Assembly: GCA_044868145.1 (NCBI GenBank)
Contig: JBIOWE010000006.1
Span: 350,537-397,665, forward strand
From: Patescibacteria group bacterium
Lineage (GTDB): Bacteria; Patescibacteriota; Patescibacteriia; UBA10025; JBIOWE01
Length of the DNA stretch: 47,129 nt
Direction: 5' to 3'
How positions within the stretch are numbered: the stretch's first letter is position 1; each line of letters begins with the position of its first letter. Made by a program: the position numbers and the translations under genes. This document shows, piece by piece, positions 44,159-47,129 of this stretch. Under the pieces are notes generated by a model. That model made no database searches and was not told the origin of the DNA. It saw nothing but the letters and a program-made list of their open reading frames with translations.

Positions 44159-47129
44159 ATGAAAATCAGTCTTCTCCCAAAGAAAACCTGGAAGCAAACA
44201 ACGTTGAAGGCGATCAACGTCGTTTCCATGGTAACTCTCATTATCAACATGTCGATGGTGGGTGTTTTTATTACTCCGAAAGTGGCCGAGGCGTCTTCGA
44301 ACCCTTCCGCGGACCTCGACCAGTGCGCAAATTTCGATAATCCCGGCCCCTCGGCGAGCGATTGCAACCCGATCAACTGGGTGAACGGCAACCTCGGCGC
44401 CAGCAAGGCGCGTTACTTCGAAGGCGACTCGGTTCCCTATCGAATGCGTTTCGAAAACCTGTCCCTTGGATCGCACATGGTAGAGATCGAGTGGGACACA
44501 ACCAAGAGCAGCAAGCATGCGCTTGATTACCTAACAACCTACAACAGGACGGTTACAACGGCCAACCCGTGCGCGGGTGTTTCTGGTTGCAGCGCCTCAA
44601 CGACTTTTGCCATTCCCGCGGACTCGCAAGTCACCGGGGCTGGCGTGACACCTATTGCGGGTAACTTTACACTCTTCGGCGGCACCATCACAGCAGTAAG
44701 TGCATACTCATACGCGGACGGGACCGGTTTTAGTGGGGACAAGTCTGCCAGTATCACGCTGACTTTCACTGCATCGGCTGCGAACCCTGTGCTCGCCTGG
44801 GGCGGACACATCGCCAACCGTTCGGATTGGGGCGAAGGAAACTCAGCGGTTGCTATTTCAGGCTCTCCGTACCACATGCGCCTCATTGACCTTGACGGCT
44901 CCGGCGGAAACCAAGACCGTTCACTCTCCGCTGAGGCAGTTATCTTCCCTGGTTCCGTAACGATTGTAAAACAAGCGACCCCTGAAGGACCGCAGTCGTT
45001 CGCGTACACCACGAATCTCGGGAGCGGATTTTCGCTCGTCGATGACGGAACATCCTCGAACACGAAGGTCTTCCCGGGTATTATCGACTTTACGGACGAC
45101 AATACTGGCCCCCTAAGCTACACCGTAACCGAATCCGCCACGCCGGGCTGGATTCTCGACAGCATTATTTGTACAGATCCAACGAGCAACAGCACGGGCA
45201 ACACGGGTACACGTACCGCAACCATTGAGCTCGCTGAAGGAGAAAATATTTCCTGCACGTTTGCGAACTCCGCTGACGTTGGATCATTAACAGTCAATAA
45301 ACAAGTTGATACCGACGGTAATGGCACGTTTGAAGGTGGCAACACAGAAGCGAACACCTTGAATTTCGATTGGGGCATTGATGCAGAAACACCGGCACGC
45401 AATATGGGAACAACGGCAAGTGGCGTTTCTACAGGCACGCACAGTGTCTCTGAAAGCCCAGTCGCAAACTATCATTTCGTTGGTTGGTACCCAACGGGAA
45501 GCACGCAATACTCTTGCACGAATCCGCAAGGAACAACGTTGCCGGCATCGGTTTCTATTACGAAAGATACAACTACCTCAATTACTCTGTGTAACGCGCG
45601 CAATAAAGGAAATCTAACGGTCAATAAAGAAGTTGACACAGATGGCGATGGCGACATCGACCTCTATAACACTGGCTGGACGTTCGACATTCAGGGCGGC
45701 GAACAGAACATTGCTATGAGCGCAACACGAACACTGCTCACTGGTAGTTACACAGTAAACGAAGACCAGCAAACAAATTATCACTCCTCAGGATGGACCT
45801 GCTCTGACCAAACGTCCGGAGTCGGCGAAACGCTCACAGTCAATGTCCCAACGGCAGGCGTAACGTGCACATTCACGAACACCCGCGATACGGGTTCGCT
45901 CAAAATTGTGAAATATGTGGACAGCGGTTCAGCAACGCCTGACCAATGGAGCTTTACGATCCAGGGCTACGGTACAAAAACCCCGAGCCAAGGACAGGAT
46001 TATGTTATTTTTAATAATTTACCGACGGGCAATTACAGCGCCTCCGAAAGCGCCTTGACTGACTACCACCAAGTGTCCACTACATGCACGAATGTTGCTG
46101 TCACCAAAGATAATCAGGCGGTATGTAACTTCCACAATGCCCACGACACAGGCAATTTGACGGTCAACAAGGCTGTTGATACCAATGGGGACGGCCAAGT
46201 GGATGCCGTGAACCCGCAAGGATGGACATGGGACATTCAAGGTGGTGAACAGAACATCGCCATGGGTGCAACACGTTCCTTATTCACGGGTTCATATACA
46301 GTCAGCGAAGACCAACACTCGAATTACCACTCAACTGGCTGGATGTGCGACGATGGCACAAGCGGCGTTGGCGAACAGCTTTCTGTTGAAGTAACAACCG
46401 AGGGCGTGACATGCACGTTCACGAACACCCGAGATACAGGTTGGTTGAAAGTTATCAAACATGTGATCAATGATAACGGCGGTAACGCCGATGCGTCGGA
46501 CTTTAACGTCCACGTGATGCAAAACGCATCTGATGTAACCGGCAGTCCCGCGGCTGGCTCTGAAACAGGCACGATGTACATGCTTCTCACAGGAACATAC
46601 GATGTCAGCGAAGACACACCAATCGCTGGTTACACGCAAGCGAGCGTTGTGTGCGACGGCCAGGAAACGTCATCTGTCACAATTGCAAATGCAAACACAG
46701 AACAAAATCCGGTCGTATGCACAATCACAAACGACGATCAAGCACCGACGATTACCCTCAATAAAATAGTAACGAATAACAACGGCGGTAATGCGAGTGA
46801 GAACGACTTTGGTTTGAGCATTGGCGGTACACCAGTTGACTCGGGTCAAATCCTTGAGGTGGATGCAAACACCCCATACGCCTTGAACGAAGCAGGACTT
46901 GAAGGTTACTCATTTGTCTCGCTTACGGGCGCAGGGTGCCCGACTGAACTCGGTGACACAGTGACGCTCGACGAAGGTGAAGACGTGACGTGCACCATCA
47001 CGAACGACGACCAAGCGCCAACAATTACGTTGGTCAAAGAAGTCGTCAATAACAACGGCGGTAATGCGAGTGAGAACGACTTTGGTTTGAGCATTGGCGG
47101 TACGTCAGTTGACTCGGGCCAAACCCTCG
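44159..47129 (+). CDS. Large repetitive cell-surface protein with tandem Ig/prealbumin-like domains, each ending in a Cys-x-(F/I)-x-N motif. The 3' end runs off the window.
   Basis: Hand translation from ATG 44159, with an in-frame TGA at 44144. The N-terminus has the anchor VVSMVTLIINMSMVGVFITPKVAEA. At least 8 domains follow, ending ISCTFAN, VTCTFTNTRDTG (x2), AVCNFHNAHDTG, VVCTITNDDQAP and VTCTITNDDQAP. The gene is absent from the track because it has no stop in the window. Confidence 0.8.
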   Translation, partial: MKISLLPKKTWKQTTLKAINVVSMVTLIINMSMVGVFITPKVAEASSNPSADLDQCANFDNPGPSASDCNPINWVNGNLGASKARYFEGDSVPYRMRFENLSLGSHMVEIEWDTTKSSKHALDYLTTYNRTVTTANPCAGVSGCSASTTFAIPADSQVTGAGVTPIAGNFTLFGGTITAVSAYSYADGTGFSGDKSASITLTFTASAANPVLAWGGHIANRSDWGEGNSAVAISGSPYHMRLIDLDGSGGNQDRSLSAEAVIFPGSVTIVKQATPEGPQSFAYTTNLGSGFSLVDDGTSSNTKVFPGIIDFTDDNTGPLSYTVTESATPGWILDSIICTDPTSNSTGNTGTRTATIELAEGENISCTFANSADVGSLTVNKQVDTDGNGTFEGGNTEANTLNFDWGIDAETPARNMGTTASGVSTGTHSVSESPVANYHFVGWYPTGSTQYSCTNPQGTTLPASVSITKDTTTSITLCNARNKGNLTVNKEVDTDGDGDIDLYNTGWTFDIQGGEQNIAMSATRTLLTGSYTVNEDQQTNYHSSGWTCSDQTSGVGETLTVNVPTAGVTCTFTNTRDTGSLKIVKYVDSGSATPDQWSFTIQGYGTKTPSQGQDYVIFNNLPTGNYSASESALTDYHQVSTTCTNVAVTKDNQAVCNFHNAHDTGNLTVNKAVDTNGDGQVDAVNPQGWTWDIQGGEQNIAMGATRSLFTGSYTVSEDQHSNYHSTGWMCDDGTSGVGEQLSVEVTTEGVTCTFTNTRDTGWLKVIKHVINDNGGNADASDFNVHVMQNASDVTGSPAAGSETGTMYMLLTGTYDVSEDTPIAGYTQASVVCDGQETSSVTIANANTEQNPVVCTITNDDQAPTITLNKIVTNNNGGNASENDFGLSIGGTPVDSGQILEVDANTPYALNEAGLEGYSFVSLTGAGCPTELGDTVTLDEGEDVTCTITNDDQAPTITLVKEVVNNNGGNASENDFGLSIGGTSVDSGQTL
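46775..47103 (+). repeat. Intragenic tandem repeat, 273-bp period, with a 56-bp identical core
   Basis: AATAACAACGGCGGTAATGCGAGTGAGAACGACTTTGGTTTGAGCATTGGCGGTAC occurs at 46775-46830 and again at 47048-47103. An older 543-bp-period duplication lies at about 45608 and 46151. Confidence 0.85.

Overview
This 47.1-kb window is densely coding, with about 40 genes, mostly on the minus strand. I infer a Patescibacteria/CPR-like small genome. The evidence is a short TsaB, an archaeal-type UMP kinase, a MurF with a short N-terminus, a type IV pilus cluster, and rplJL uncoupled from rplKA/rpoBC.

Gene content from left to right:
- A 5'-complete Tc-toxin/RHS-like secreted giant, open at the left edge.
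- A same-strand block: SAM methyltransferase, a 427-aa internally duplicated unknown, a 7TM-GAF histidine kinase, and a Ca-binding membrane protein.
- A secreted metzincin pair.
- A terminator-bounded four-gene operon: 7TM-GAF, an NDT/SLOG-like+RHH protein, an asparaginase homologue with both catalytic Thr replaced, and a second 7TM-GAF.
- Methyltransferases and two large orphan membrane proteins.
- A truncated dcw cluster (mraZ-rsmH-ftsL-ftsI-murF), divergent from lexA.
- About 1 kb of non-coding DNA that carries promoter/terminator pairs.
- tsaB, a wHTH regulator, and a PP2C-like/beta-propeller membrane protein.
- rplJ-rplL with an L10 leader, a pyrH-like gene, mltG, a GDP-mannose pyrophosphorylase, a GxxExxY cassette, and pcm.
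- A type IV pilus block: pilB, pilC, three prepilin-type pilins and a PilX-like giant.
- A repetitive surface protein, open at the right edge.

The two edge genes (1..4057 minus, 44159..47129 plus) are missing from the supplied ORF track because they lack an in-window stop. I recovered them by hand translation.

The best candidate for an undescribed system is the 11.3-15.9 kb sensor operon, together with its paralogous histidine kinase. The intergenic DNA also holds several repeated structured elements:
- TTATCCACA boxes.
- C-run inverted repeats.
- AT-rich palindromes.
- ATTCGTG repeats.

No rRNA, tRNA, CRISPR array or transposase was seen. All homology calls come from motif reading by eye, not from searches.
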